Under the pieces are notes generated by a model. That model ran no database searches. It saw only the letters and a program-made list of their open reading frames with translations, and was not told the DNA's origin. Of a stretch of DNA of 64,000 nt, positions 1 to 10,211 are shown piece by piece. Source of the DNA: Halobacteriota archaeon (GTDB lineage: Archaea > Halobacteriota > Bog-38 > Methanoflorentales > Methanoflorentaceae); the NCBI GenBank assembly GCA_050011655.1, contig JBEKIR010000001.1:4519-68518 (forward strand), read 5' to 3'. A program made the translations under genes and the position numbers. Within the stretch, counting starts at the first letter, position 1. The number at the start of each line of letters is the position of its first letter.

Positions 1-241
1 CGAGTTCTCGCTTTCTGGACCGCAATAGTTTCTATCCAGATGAGCAGAACTCGTTATCACTAAGCCGGTTTTTGCTGAGCTGCAAACGATCTTTTTTTAA
101 GGTACAAACCCTAACTGCTTTTCGCCGAGCGCAGATGCTTCGAAAAAACGAACATCAATCGCTCGACGCTTACGAGCGGTTGGCCCGCGAGGTAGTGCAC
201 TTTCACCTCAACTAGCTATTTCCTAACGCGCAGGTTTTGTT

Positions 242-1252
242 ATGAATTCGCAGCACCCCCGCACATACGCAGAATCAGGAGTAGACATCAGCGCTGAAGA
301 AGAGGCAATAAGAGCCCTTCGGAGGCATTTCAAGACCAAGAAGAAGGGACGAGGAAGCCCGATCAACATCGAAGGCGCCTACGCCGGACTTTTGGACATG
401 GGCGATTTCATTATTGGTATCACCACAGACGGCGTGGGATCGAAGGTTCTCGTCGCAACAGAAATGGGAAACTGGAAGACTATCGGAATAGATTGCATGG
501 CAATGAACGTGAACGACCTTTACGCAATGGGGTTGGAGCCTATGGCTTTTGTCGATTACCTCGCAATGGAGAGCATTGAGCCTTCTATTGCCGATCAAAT
601 CGGGCAAGGGCTCGCAAAAGGAGCAAAGATAGCTAACGTGTCCATAGTAGGCGGCGAAACCGCGAGCCTCCCAGAGATCGTGAGAGGGTTCGACTTGGCG
701 GGCAGCTGCATAGGAATTGCTGCAAAAGAAGACCTTGTTACCGGCTACAAGATCGAGAACGGAGACGCTGTTGTCGGCATTCCGAGCAGCGGAGTTCATA
801 GTAACGGTCTGACGCTCGCGCGCAAATTGCTGGCCAAATACGGTCTTTACACGCGTTACGGAAGCATGGAGCGCACGCTTGGCGAAGAGTTGCTCTTGCC
901 TACGCGGATCTACTCAGAGGTCCTCGACATTAATAAGAATTGCGAGGTGCACGGCTTGGCGCATATCACTGGAGGTGGCCTTCTGAATCTCAAGAGACTC
1001 ACCCGGCTGGGCTTCAGCTTGTCGGATCCTCTCGAGCCTCAAGAGATATTCAGCGTGATTCAAGCAGAAGGCGTTGAAGTACGAGAGATGTACAGAACCT
1101 TTAACATGGGGATGGGTTTTGCTATTGTTGCGCCTCAGCGCGAGGTAAGACGAATTGCACGCCTCAGCGATGGTGCCAGGCAAGTCGGTACTATTTCAGG
1201 CCGTGGGATACGAGTCCGACAAGATGATGAGCTAGTCGAAATTGCAAAATAG
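242..1252 (+). CDS. purM: Phosphoribosylformylglycinamidine cyclo-ligase (AIR synthetase)
   Basis: Motifs TYAESGVDI, TDGVGSK, IGIDCMAMNVNDL, GGETASLP, SSGVHSNG, HITGGG, RTFNMGMG. Confidence 0.97.
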   Translation: MNSQHPRTYAESGVDISAEEEAIRALRRHFKTKKKGRGSPINIEGAYAGLLDMGDFIIGITTDGVGSKVLVATEMGNWKTIGIDCMAMNVNDLYAMGLEPMAFVDYLAMESIEPSIADQIGQGLAKGAKIANVSIVGGETASLPEIVRGFDLAGSCIGIAAKEDLVTGYKIENGDAVVGIPSSGVHSNGLTLARKLLAKYGLYTRYGSMERTLGEELLLPTRIYSEVLDINKNCEVHGLAHITGGGLLNLKRLTRLGFSLSDPLEPQEIFSVIQAEGVEVREMYRTFNMGMGFAIVAPQREVRRIARLSDGARQVGTISGRGIRVRQDDELVEIAK

Positions 1253-1432
1253 CAGCTTCGCCAAGCCACGATGCTTGTGATTCGGTCGAACCCGCTGACG
1301 AACTGAGGGCGCAGCGTCGAAAGAGTATCAGTCTAGAAGGACCGGCTGCCTAGGTTTGTTAGCCCTTGCAGGTGCACCGTCATTTTGCAAAGTTTGGTTC
1401 AAGCCACGAACCTGAGACGGAAGGCGTCCGTG

Positions 1433-1903
1433 ATGATGAAAGAAGAAATGTTGAAAGAGATGGGTGTCGCGCTAGATGATATGATCGACACGGCTATGCT
1501 GTTATGGGTTCCACATCCAGGGGTTGAAACAGAAGCGCGTGCCAGAGAAGTTTTCTCAAGCGAGCTTCGGCGAGCTCTCGCCGATCCCAACGTGTGGGTC
1601 CTTCTGTATGCCGGAGTGGCGTTAGAAAGAGACGCACGGCAAGGCCGTATCCCGAACCTTGATCCTGCCTCCTACGAAAAGGATTTGACTTGTTTGATCG
1701 CTGACGAGGTACTGGGAATGGCAATCTCAATGTACGTTGGGGGTTACAAGGGGCACTTCGATTATGCCCGATTCGACAAGCTTAAACCTGGAATTCTCAA
1801 ATCGCTGGGACCATTCTTGGATGATATCGTCGCCGGCCTGATAGGCGGCGTTTCGGCTAACATGTACGACAGAGGAGCAGCCGATGCCGCAACGCGTCCT
1901 TGA
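1433..1903 (+). CDS. cobZ: Alpha-ribazole phosphatase CobZ (PgpA-like)
   Basis: ADEVLGMAISMYVGGYKG...RFDKLKPGIL..LGPFLDDIVAGLIGG; directly upstream of cobS. Start moved from TTG 1385 to in-frame ATG 1433. Confidence 0.85.
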   Translation: MMKEEMLKEMGVALDDMIDTAMLLWVPHPGVETEARAREVFSSELRRALADPNVWVLLYAGVALERDARQGRIPNLDPASYEKDLTCLIADEVLGMAISMYVGGYKGHFDYARFDKLKPGILKSLGPFLDDIVAGLIGGVSANMYDRGAADAATRP

Positions 1904-2630
1904 TTCCATTCGGTCTGGCTTCGGGTTCTTGACGACGATTCCGGTGGGATTCAATGAAGCAGCGCTCGACAGCCTGGCCACGCGCATGTGGATTTTTATC
2001 CTAGTCGGAGCTGCAATCGGACTGTTAGTTGGGGGAATCAGCTCTGCGCTCGCATTCATGCCGCACATGAGCGACTTTGTCCACGCCGCCCTGACGCTCG
2101 TAGCCCTATATGCGCTAACAGGTTTCATCCATCTTGATGGGTTAGCTGACGTGGGCGACGGACTGCTCAAGCACGGAACAATGCAAGAACGACTTCAAGT
2201 CATCAAAGACCCATACATCGGTGTCGGAGGGATCGCATTTTGTGTCCTCGCGTTTCTGCTGCTTTTCGCTGCAGTGGCATCTATCAAGTCAACGGCGCTC
2301 CTGCCCGCGTTGATCACAGCTGAAGTCGCAGCAAAACTTTCGATGGTCGAAGTCGCCTCCCTTGGAAAAGCGACGCACCAGGGACTTGGATCCCGTTTTG
2401 CAGAAAAAAGTGGGATGTTGACCTTCATAGTAGCACTGCTTCTCGCAGCACCAGTCGCGGTTCTCTGTTTTGGCGTGAGAGGTCTCCTCGTGTTGTTGCC
2501 GCCTCTAGTCTTATCGTTTGGACTAGTGAAACTCGCCAATATGGCTTTCGGCGGAATAAATGGCGACGTTATAGGATCTTCAAATGAGCTTGGGCGTTTG
2601 ATCGCTCTTGTTGTAATCAGTTTTTTGTAG
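1884..2630 (+). CDS. cobS: Adenosylcobinamide-GDP ribazoletransferase (cobalamin synthase)
   Basis: GFLTTIPV, TGFIHLDGLADVGDG, KDPYIGVGG, FGGINGDVIG; multi-TM. Confidence 0.95.
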   Translation: MPQRVLDSIRSGFGFLTTIPVGFNEAALDSLATRMWIFILVGAAIGLLVGGISSALAFMPHMSDFVHAALTLVALYALTGFIHLDGLADVGDGLLKHGTMQERLQVIKDPYIGVGGIAFCVLAFLLLFAAVASIKSTALLPALITAEVAAKLSMVEVASLGKATHQGLGSRFAEKSGMLTFIVALLLAAPVAVLCFGVRGLLVLLPPLVLSFGLVKLANMAFGGINGDVIGSSNELGRLIALVVISFL

Positions 2631-2653
2631 GTGATTGCACGTTCGCACTCCTC

Positions 2654-3259
2654 ATGGCCGGCGGTAAGGGAGAGCGGCTTGGTTCAGGCGGCGTCGAAAA
2701 ACCGCTGCTGGAGTTCAGAGGCAGGCCACTCATTGAACACGTATTGGCCGCTTTGAACAAATCGCAAATTGAACGCGTGGTGACGGTTACCTCTCCCAGA
2801 ACTCCTTGCACGACGCGCTGGGCAAGAGAAGCAAGTGTTCAGGTAGTAAAGGCGCCAGGGCAAGGGTATATCCAAGACTACAGGTGGGCGAGCAAGCGAT
2901 TGGGCCTTAAAGGTCCCGTTCTCATCATCGCAGCTGATCTTCCTCTTATCGACTATCGACTCATCGACCGGATTATCGAGCGTCGCGCTAAAGCAGAGAG
3001 TTCTGCACTTGGGGTCTACCTCCCCTACGAGTTTTGCGATGAGGCTAATGTACCCTCTGACCTCACGTTAGCAGCAGACGCTAAGTTGCTTGTGCCTACC
3101 GGCATTAACATCGTCGATGCAAGCCACCTCGATCAATTACAACAAGAAACGATGTTTATCATTCGCGACGAGTCACTGCTGTACAACATCAATAGGAGAA
3201 GTGACCTAAGGCGCCTCATTCGAAGAGCGAGCGCGGTCGGCGAGCGAGAGCTCGAATGA
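2654..3259 (+). CDS. cobY: Adenosylcobinamide-phosphate guanylyltransferase (NTP transferase)
   Basis: MAGGKGERL..EKPLL, GYIQD, ADLP, GINIV, YNIN; follows cobS. Confidence 0.88.
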   Translation: MAGGKGERLGSGGVEKPLLEFRGRPLIEHVLAALNKSQIERVVTVTSPRTPCTTRWAREASVQVVKAPGQGYIQDYRWASKRLGLKGPVLIIAADLPLIDYRLIDRIIERRAKAESSALGVYLPYEFCDEANVPSDLTLAADAKLLVPTGINIVDASHLDQLQQETMFIIRDESLLYNINRRSDLRRLIRRASAVGERELE

Positions 3260-3264
3260 CGTAA

Positions 3265-3762
3265 CTACAGCTTGAGGCTCTTGCGCTCAACAAGATCCAC
3301 CAAATCTGGGGCATTAAGAAGCGCGTTTATCACCGGTACGCCCTTATAGCTCGAGAGGTGCGCAGACACTAATCCTGAAATGCAAAAGACCTCGCTCTGC
3401 AATTCATCTCCCACCTGCTCTTCGTCTGTTGCGCACAGTATCTTCGGCAGACTCGCGCCTCTAAATCCCTCAAGAACCAAGTAATCACTGCTGATGTGTC
3501 GTATCAGCTCATCAAGCATCACTGGTCGCTTTATCATAAGAATGCTTTCATCTGGCGCCCGCAGGCCAACTACTTCGGCTCCAGCTTTCCATTGGCGCCA
3601 CGTATCTTTTCCAGCAACATCGAAGACGAAGTTTTCCACGTGGACGTCCTTTATCGCGGATACTGAATAACCACGCAATCGCAGCTCCTTTAAGATCTCA
3701 ACGACGGTAGTGGTCTTCCCCGATTTAGAGAATCCATACACTGCGCATATCTTCATTGGCAT
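3265..3762 (-). CDS. mobB: Molybdopterin-guanine dinucleotide biosynthesis protein B
   Basis: GFSKSGKTT P-loop, AIKDVH, DVAGKDTWR, VLEGF. Confidence 0.88.
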   Translation of the reverse strand: MPMKICAVYGFSKSGKTTTVVEILKELRLRGYSVSAIKDVHVENFVFDVAGKDTWRQWKAGAEVVGLRAPDESILMIKRPVMLDELIRHISSDYLVLEGFRGASLPKILCATDEEQVGDELQSEVFCISGLVSAHLSSYKGVPVINALLNAPDLVDLVERKSLKL

Positions 3763-3922
3763 TAATGAAACCTCAAAAGTTAAATTGTGATCGCTTGGCG
3801 CGAGATGCGCGTGAAAGGCACGCGGACGTATACGGAACCCGCTTATTGACTGAAATCAAAATTACTTTGTTCACGTGCAATCGTGCTGCTCGAGCAACGA
3901 CGAGGCGTTACGTGCCTTGTCC

Positions 3923-4831
3923 CTACTTGCCTATTTTTCTGGACTTCCAATACCGGGGATATGTACCGGGCTCCATCATTACTCTTTTGACTTCAGCGAT
4001 GACTCCACCTTCGAGTACAGAGATGCCTAGGGCGACAACCTCGTCTCGCGCCGTATAAATACCAACCAGCTGTTTCCTGTCAACGTCAGGTAAGGAGATA
4101 ACGCCGGGTTCTGCGAGTCGAGCCCCGTGGCAAATAGCATCTACAGCAGTATCTCTAATGATAATTTTTGGAACGTGGCTAAGTGCGCGCTCGACTGGTA
4201 ATACGATGTCTCGCAGCGGAGCTTCATCGTTATCTTCGATCCAAAAATGATATGCGTCTGTCAAATCGTGCAATGTACTCAAATTCGATTCATCAAACGG
4301 ACCTGCCTTGGTTCTGCGGAGCTCCTGCATGTGCGCCCCCACCCCTAGCGCTTCGCCGACGTCGTGGCACAGCTTGCGAATATACGTTCCGGCCTCACAT
4401 CCCACTTTGAAGAGGACATCGTTCCCCTTCCGTTCTAGCACGTCGATGTAATAAATCTCGCGTTTGCGAATTTGACGCCTTACCGCCGATTTAAGAGGTG
4501 GGCGCTGATATAGCACACCCGTAAACTCCCTTAGTATGTCTCGCACCAATGGTTCGGGAACCGCCTTATGCAGATGCATTACACACACGTATTCCTTGGG
4601 CAAGTTCACGAGCGCCCCCACTGCCCTTGTCGCATCTTGCAACAATATCGGGAGCACACCCGTAACCTTGGGATCTAGCGTTCCGATGTGGCCCGCTTTC
4701 TGAATATGCAAAATTCGTTTCACCCACGCGGCTACTTCGTGACTCGTAGGTCCGGCTGGCTTATCGAGATTTATGACGCCTTTTTGAAGCAACTCGTCTA
4801 TAGTCCGTTGCTGCGCAACAGGATTCGTCAT
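3923..4831 (-). CDS. cbf5: RNA-guided pseudouridine synthase Cbf5/TruB with PUA domain
   Basis: LDKPAGPTSHEV, GHIGTLDPKVTG, CEAGTYIRKLCHD, ELRRT. Confidence 0.96.
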   Translation of the reverse strand: MTNPVAQQRTIDELLQKGVINLDKPAGPTSHEVAAWVKRILHIQKAGHIGTLDPKVTGVLPILLQDATRAVGALVNLPKEYVCVMHLHKAVPEPLVRDILREFTGVLYQRPPLKSAVRRQIRKREIYYIDVLERKGNDVLFKVGCEAGTYIRKLCHDVGEALGVGAHMQELRRTKAGPFDESNLSTLHDLTDAYHFWIEDNDEAPLRDIVLPVERALSHVPKIIIRDTAVDAICHGARLAEPGVISLPDVDRKQLVGIYTARDEVVALGISVLEGGVIAEVKRVMMEPGTYPRYWKSRKIGK

Positions 4832-5364
4832 CGTTTGTCAACTTTCCGGTACGCTCTCACGGCCTGCGCGATGATAGCGATGACCGCGTGTTGGTCCCAG
4901 TGCATCGTATCTATGACAAGATCATAGACGTCAAGGTTCGTCACGTCGATATTATAAAACGTACGATATCTCACGGTCTCGCTGCCGTCGCGCAGGCGTG
5001 TTTCGTGGAGAGCTGCAGCCCGCCGCTTGCCTTCTCTTCCCGCTATTCGCTGTGCTCGTACTTCTAGAGGCGCTTTAAGCCAAACGGCGATGTCGGCTTT
5101 GAGAACCCAGCCCGAAAGCCGCCCGTCGACGACCGCGTGTTCACGTGACCGCGCGAGCTCGGCTTGTCGTCGATCAACGATTTTGTCGATTTCCGGTTCT
5201 GTTTCCGCAAGCTTGCTCAACTGCTCGAGACTCATTGCGCGCTCGCGCGCGAGTTCTCTGAATACCTCTCCCGCTGAGACGTGCGCAAAGCCTAGTTTCC
5301 GCGATAAACCGGTTGCTACCGTCGTCTTGCCGCTGCCTGCAAATCCGCTAATAGTAAGCAACAC
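4828..5364 (-). CDS. cmk: Cytidylate kinase (archaeal type)
   Basis: ISGFAGSGKTT, SAGEVFRELA, DGRLSGW; conserved position before cbf5. Confidence 0.94.
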   Translation of the reverse strand: MLLTISGFAGSGKTTVATGLSRKLGFAHVSAGEVFRELARERAMSLEQLSKLAETEPEIDKIVDRRQAELARSREHAVVDGRLSGWVLKADIAVWLKAPLEVRAQRIAGREGKRRAAALHETRLRDGSETVRYRTFYNIDVTNLDVYDLVIDTMHWDQHAVIAIIAQAVRAYRKVDKR

Positions 5365-5396
5365 GATGGCACACCCGCTAAGCGCTAGCGATGAAC

Positions 5397-5987
5397 TCAG
5401 TCTTCCTGCAGCGTGGCCACCAGTTCAGCGACTGCCTCATCAAGCTTTCCGTCGGGATTTTGCAGTATTTTGACCGTTGCTCCCGTGTGTGCGGCGTACG
5501 CCATGCATATTGCTTTGTTAACCTCCTGGTGCTCCTGAACACCCGTCGCATCTTGCGCGTCGCGCTGTCGTGCCTTGTCAGCATTTCTGCGCCGAATAAT
5601 TTCGTTAGGTGCTGTTTCGACAATGAGTATGAGTTCGGGCCCAAGTTCGTCCAAAACCCACGTAGGCAAACCAGGAAGGTACCCCCCCGGCGTTCGCACC
5701 GTTGCGTGCGTGTCAACAACAAGAGGCGTCGTGGCCATTTTTGATATCGTGCGCGCGGCAGTCTTTTGGAGATCGCGCTGCCTAGCTGGATCTAGCTTTC
5801 GGATGTCGTCTCTTATCTTGACCCAGCGGCGCTGCAACGCCTCATCCAGCATCACGTCGCTGTAGGTGACCATTTTCAAAGGTTGGCCCTGCGCTTCCAG
5901 CCATTCAATGGCTTTCTTTGTAACCGTCGTCCCGCCGCTTGCCGGAACTCCCGTTAGAATTACCACTTTCCGCATTTGCTGCCCCAA
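5397..5987 (-). CDS. adkA: Adenylate kinase, archaeal AdkA type
   Basis: TGVPASGGTT, RDDIRKL, VDTHATVRTPGGYLPGLP; downstream of secY. Confidence 0.94.
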   Translation of the reverse strand: MGQQMRKVVILTGVPASGGTTVTKKAIEWLEAQGQPLKMVTYSDVMLDEALQRRWVKIRDDIRKLDPARQRDLQKTAARTISKMATTPLVVDTHATVRTPGGYLPGLPTWVLDELGPELILIVETAPNEIIRRRNADKARQRDAQDATGVQEHQEVNKAICMAYAAHTGATVKILQNPDGKLDEAVAELVATLQED

Positions 5988-6151
5988 TTTGTGTAGGGAA
6001 CTATCCTAACCATCCTACTTTAACTTACGCAATCGTACAGAGCGCAGCTTCCTCCATCAAAGCCGCTCCTGCGATCCAATGCCCTCTAACGCGCAACAAA
6101 AATTTCAGCTTAGCTTAGAAGTCAAGAGAAACGATCTGAGCGTCGGAGACG

Positions 6152-7609
6152 TTATTGCCCCAAGAAGCCGCGCAGCATCGGGTGCATCTCCATCATCTCT
6201 TCATTGGCAAGCTGCTCGTAAAGCGTGTACGTGATGCTCACCGCGAGGAGCAACGCAGTGCCGCCCACGTTTCCTATGGTTCCCAAAAAACCGGCAATGA
6301 CCGCCAACAACCCTATGAAAGCGCCCCCAATGACGGTTACTTTCGGAATGTACCGCTTCATAACGCGTTCAATGATTTTGGGGTCACGGCGGAAGCCGGG
6401 GATAGACATCCCAGAACTTTGAATTTGCTCGGAAACGGCCTTTGGGCCCATGCCAGTAGTCTCCACCCAGAAAAGGGCGAATATAATTCCCCCGATGACC
6501 ATAACGGAGATATCAATTCCTGACCGCAGTGCGATTTGCCACGCCGGGTTCTGACCTACCCCGGGCAACCAGTTACTCGGCCCACTGATTGGTGCCAAAT
6601 AGTACATCAGGCCACTCGTCGGCTGATTGTTTACGTAGGTCCCAACCCAAGTGAACCCTGCGTTGTAAAGGAGGATGCCAATCATCTGAATGTTCGCCTG
6701 AAGCGCCCGAACTAATATCAACGGCAACACGCTCGCGTAGACGAGCTTCACCGGGAATCTGCCTCGCGCGCCTCGTACGGAACTGTGCGCCAGAGGAATC
6801 TCTATGCGCGTGGTTTCAACGTAAACAACAACTGCGAATATACCCACCGTGCTTATTATGGCTAAAATTTGGCCCTGATTAAGCAGGAATATTATTCCTT
6901 GGGCGGTAAGCAGCTGCTGGACGGTGAACGTCTGGAAGATTTTAATCAAGCCTGGGATCCAACCCACCGGCAATCCGGTCGAAGGATTAATTATCCAATT
7001 AATGGTCCCAGTTACCAGGCCTTGGGCAACTCCGGCCACGATAAACATGCCGACTCCCGAGCCAATTCCCCATTTACTCACAATTTCATCCAGGAATAGC
7101 ACGAGCACGCCGCCTATGCAAACCTGGATAAATATAAGCAAGGAAATGCCGTGAAGCCCGATACCAGTTGAAGCAGCAATAGCCGGGTCGGGTTGGAGGA
7201 AACCTCCAAGCACTTGCGGCGCGGCTTCAACAACGATCATGACGAAGATCAGAAGCTTCTGCAGCTGCTGGTAGGCTGATTGGTCTCGAGGGTCGCTCGT
7301 GTCAAGCTTTATGATGTCCGCGCCCTTGAAAAGCTGCAGTATGATCGACGCGGTCACGATTGGACCAATGCCGAGCTGAACGAGGGAGCCTTGGCTTCCG
7401 GCCATTATTGCGCGGTAGAAGCCGAAAAGGTCCTGTGATGCAGGTGAAAGTCCAAAAAGGCGGACGTTTGTTAAAACGAAATAGATGAGTAAAACACCAA
7501 TCGTCCACGTGATCTTGCGCCTGAAGTGCACGTGCCCTTCGGGCTTAGAAACTGCAGGAAGTTTCTGCAAGAAGGGTTCAATTCTATCTATCGTTGGGTG
7601 CTCGCTCAT
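6152..7609 (-). CDS. secY: Preprotein translocase subunit SecY
   Basis: LGIGPIVTASII, DEIVSKWGIGSG, FPVKLVYASVLP, IPGFRR; 10-TM pattern. Confidence 0.98.
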   Translation of the reverse strand: MSEHPTIDRIEPFLQKLPAVSKPEGHVHFRRKITWTIGVLLIYFVLTNVRLFGLSPASQDLFGFYRAIMAGSQGSLVQLGIGPIVTASIILQLFKGADIIKLDTSDPRDQSAYQQLQKLLIFVMIVVEAAPQVLGGFLQPDPAIAASTGIGLHGISLLIFIQVCIGGVLVLFLDEIVSKWGIGSGVGMFIVAGVAQGLVTGTINWIINPSTGLPVGWIPGLIKIFQTFTVQQLLTAQGIIFLLNQGQILAIISTVGIFAVVVYVETTRIEIPLAHSSVRGARGRFPVKLVYASVLPLILVRALQANIQMIGILLYNAGFTWVGTYVNNQPTSGLMYYLAPISGPSNWLPGVGQNPAWQIALRSGIDISVMVIGGIIFALFWVETTGMGPKAVSEQIQSSGMSIPGFRRDPKIIERVMKRYIPKVTVIGGAFIGLLAVIAGFLGTIGNVGGTALLLAVSITYTLYEQLANEEMMEMHPMLRGFLGQ

Positions 7610-7656
7610 GATTCACTGCGCTCAACCGATTACTAGTCGATCACTGGTCTAGAAGG

Positions 7657-8085
7657 TCACGGCTCTGCGATTTTTGCTTTCCCGCCTGCTGATTCCAACT
7701 TCTCTTGCGCTCGTTTCGAAAAACTTCTTGCAGTTACGATAAGCGGCTTAGTTACACGGCCCTTTCCGAGCACTTTGTCGACATCGAGCGTGATGTAATA
7801 CTTGCCTGTGCGCACCTTAGCCTGCTTCAGTTCCACAAGTCGCTCAGCAGTTTCGTCCAGAGCACCTATGTCAATCACGGTCGGGTACTTGAGCACCTTT
7901 TGTGGCCTTGCGAACCCATAACTGCCATAACCCCGGCCAAGCAAAAGTTCCTTCAAAAAATGGTGCTTACAACCGCCTGCGTGGCCACGCCCTCCTCGAC
8001 TTCCTGCTCCACGACGGTTCTTATGAGTGCCGCCGCCACACGTGCGACTTCCTCGAAACTTCTTGGCCTTGTTTTTGGCACCCAT
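7657..8085 (-). CDS. rpl15: 50S ribosomal protein uL15
   Basis: [28 protein letters not shown]; operon order. Confidence 0.97.
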   Translation of the reverse strand: MGAKNKAKKFRGSRTCGGGTHKNRRGAGSRGGRGHAGGCKHHFLKELLLGRGYGSYGFARPQKVLKYPTVIDIGALDETAERLVELKQAKVRTGKYYITLDVDKVLGKGRVTKPLIVTARSFSKRAQEKLESAGGKAKIAEP

Positions 8086-8088
8086 TAT

Positions 8089-8550
8089 CTACCTCATTTT
8101 GAGAAGCAATTCGTTGATTTCACTGCCGTGAAATCCAAGAACACCTTCTGGAAACGGCTTTTTTATGCCCCTGTGGCCTTTGCGCGGCGGATGGAGCCTT
8201 AGCACAGGTTTCAGGTCAGGCACATCCTGCAACGTCGCTGTTCCGCTGACAACGGCTGTCGCTAGCGAGTTTATGTCATCAAAATCGGTGCGGTCTTTCA
8301 TGTACGCATTAGTGAGTCTCATATGACCCGCTAGCGCGCCCCGTCTTTCAAGCAGCACACCGAGGGTTGCACCGTCGATGGTGCCCCACGCCACATAATC
8401 TTTCACCTTTTGGAGCATGCCGTTATAATGCGCGTTGTCCTCGACGAGAACGCAGTGATTAGTCCTACTGAGATTTAATAACTCGAGTGTGCGCCGTACG
8501 TCGGGTTTTGTCTTTACCGTCCCACGCATCTTAACAACGGCGTACGTCAT
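8089..8550 (-). CDS. rpl30: 50S ribosomal protein uL30
   Basis: [22 protein letters not shown]. Confidence 0.97.
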   Translation of the reverse strand: MTYAVVKMRGTVKTKPDVRRTLELLNLSRTNHCVLVEDNAHYNGMLQKVKDYVAWGTIDGATLGVLLERRGALAGHMRLTNAYMKDRTDFDDINSLATAVVSGTATLQDVPDLKPVLRLHPPRKGHRGIKKPFPEGVLGFHGSEINELLLKMR

Positions 8551-9167
8551 TGCGTTCCACCGCCGATTCGCACCGTTGTTGTTGCCTTGAGCGCTTCAAA
8601 CGTAGCGCTAGCAAAGTTGATAGTCGTACGTGTTTGTCCTGACGATCGCGTCCACACGTCTTTTATACCTGCAAGCTGAAGCACCTTCCGAGCAGTGCCG
8701 CCTGATGTTATGCCAAGGCCTCGTGGCGCTGGTTTCAGCACAACGGTCACGGAGCCCGCCTTGCCTCGGACGGTGTAAGGAACGGTATGCGCTTCTCCGC
8801 AGCCACATTCCCACGAGCCACAGCCGCGATTTATCTTGATGAGATTCAGCTTAGCAGTTTCAATTGCTTTCCGTATGGCGGGTCCCGCTTGCAGATCCTT
8901 GGTTTCGGCGAAGCCTATGTATCCGTCGCGATTGCCGATTGCCACCGCGGCACGAAACTTCACGCGCCGACCGGAATCCGTCATTCGCTGCACCATGTTG
9001 ATATCTAAGACCTCGTCTGACAGCTCAGGCAAGAGGACATCGATGATTTCGGGTTCCTTCATCGGATGCCCAGTGGCTACAGCATCGTCGAACGTCGTTA
9101 TTTTGCCCTCATAAACAAGGCGTCCTAATCTCGTCTTCGGTGTCCATCCCTCTATCCTTTCAGCCAT
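8547..9167 (-). CDS. rps5: 30S ribosomal protein uS5
   Basis: [32 protein letters not shown]. Confidence 0.98.
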   Translation of the reverse strand: MAERIEGWTPKTRLGRLVYEGKITTFDDAVATGHPMKEPEIIDVLLPELSDEVLDINMVQRMTDSGRRVKFRAAVAIGNRDGYIGFAETKDLQAGPAIRKAIETAKLNLIKINRGCGSWECGCGEAHTVPYTVRGKAGSVTVVLKPAPRGLGITSGGTARKVLQLAGIKDVWTRSSGQTRTTINFASATFEALKATTTVRIGGGTQ

Positions 9168-9753
9168 TGTGTGCCCCTGTATCCTCTGTTCGTTCCTGCG
9201 CAGCGTGCTCGATTATATGTTGCTTCACCGCGTCAACATGATTAGGAAGGTCTTTGGGATCTAAGCCATAACGCGTGAACCGCGTTGGGTTATCGGCTGC
9301 ATACGGGACAATATGTTCTCCGTGCAGCCTAGCAGGCACCGGAAGCGGCTCACGACTGTGCGGAATGTCGAGCCCCACTTCAACGGCGCCCTGCAAGGCG
9401 GCGTAAATTCGCGATCCTCGCGAATTTGCACTAAGTCCCAAATCGAGCACCCCTTTCGAATGGCCAGCTGCAAGCGCTCGACTCGCAAAAAGCAGCCCCG
9501 TCAGGTACGCAGCAGGCGTGTTCCCAGTAGCACCCTTGTAGCCGAGCTTTTTTAGCTCCAGCGCGTTTGCAGTTGTCAACGTCCGATCACCTGCAGTTCC
9601 ATGTTCGACAAGCTGCACGATCAAATTGCGTCCGGTTTTTCGCACGACGACGCGAGGCCATTCTGAAAGCATCAAACCTAACCGCTTATGGTAGTTCGTC
9701 TTTCCGTCTCGCCTCCGTCGAAAAGGAACCTGATATCGCGGACCGATCGCCAT
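9160..9753 (-). CDS. rpl18: 50S ribosomal protein uL18
   Basis: [27 protein letters not shown]. Confidence 0.97.
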   Translation of the reverse strand: MAIGPRYQVPFRRRRDGKTNYHKRLGLMLSEWPRVVVRKTGRNLIVQLVEHGTAGDRTLTTANALELKKLGYKGATGNTPAAYLTGLLFASRALAAGHSKGVLDLGLSANSRGSRIYAALQGAVEVGLDIPHSREPLPVPARLHGEHIVPYAADNPTRFTRYGLDPKDLPNHVDAVKQHIIEHAAQERTEDTGAHNG

Positions 9754-10211
9754 TATTTCTGCCTCCGCGTGGCCATAGCGATTTCAGCTTGAGTGTTCAG
9801 TACACTTACAGTTCGATACTCGCCACCTTTCGCCTTCCTATACATGCGACGATACGTGGTTCGATCGAGCGTGTTGTTGTCCCTCAAGACGCGCAGAGTC
9901 CTTCTCTGCGCTCGGATCCTGCGCATCCACAGCTGCTTCCTAGGGCTTCGGGCATTTTTTGCTCCTTTACGAGTCCCTTGCCCGGTTTTATGGCCTTTCT
10001 TGCGCTTAGCATCGTTCCCGCGTGCCCGTCCGCGGCTGATGCCCTGCGCTTGCTTAGATTTCACGGTACCGTCCTTTATGAGCCCGCGCACATCTTCTCG
10101 GGTGATAGCGTTTGCGACGTCCGTGAGCTTGTCAGGATCGAGCCATATTCTGCTTTCCCCAACACCAAGCACCTCAGCAGCGAGTCGCTTTTGGTTCGAT
10201 AGGCTGGTCAC
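9753..10211 (-). CDS. rpl19e: 50S ribosomal protein eL19
   Basis: QKRLAAEVLGVG..RIWLDP, YRKAKGG. Confidence 0.97.
   Translation of the reverse strand: MTSLSNQKRLAAEVLGVGESRIWLDPDKLTDVANAITREDVRGLIKDGTVKSKQAQGISRGRARGNDAKRKKGHKTGQGTRKGAKNARSPRKQLWMRRIRAQRRTLRVLRDNNTLDRTTYRRMYRKAKGGEYRTVSVLNTQAEIAMATRRQK

Noticed and set aside
1253..1432. Cobalamin riboswitch upstream of cobZ (aagccacga...cggaagg)
   Set aside because: Only a vague B12-box resemblance; the conserved core elements were not found
242..3259. Functional link of purM (AIR) to cobamide lower-ligand synthesis genes
   Set aside because: Separated by ~180 bp and no bza/thiC-like gene nearby; adjacency alone is insufficient
5397..5987. 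Adenylate kinase P-loop without lysine (GVPASGGTT)
   Set aside because: Known property of some archaeal AdkA enzymes
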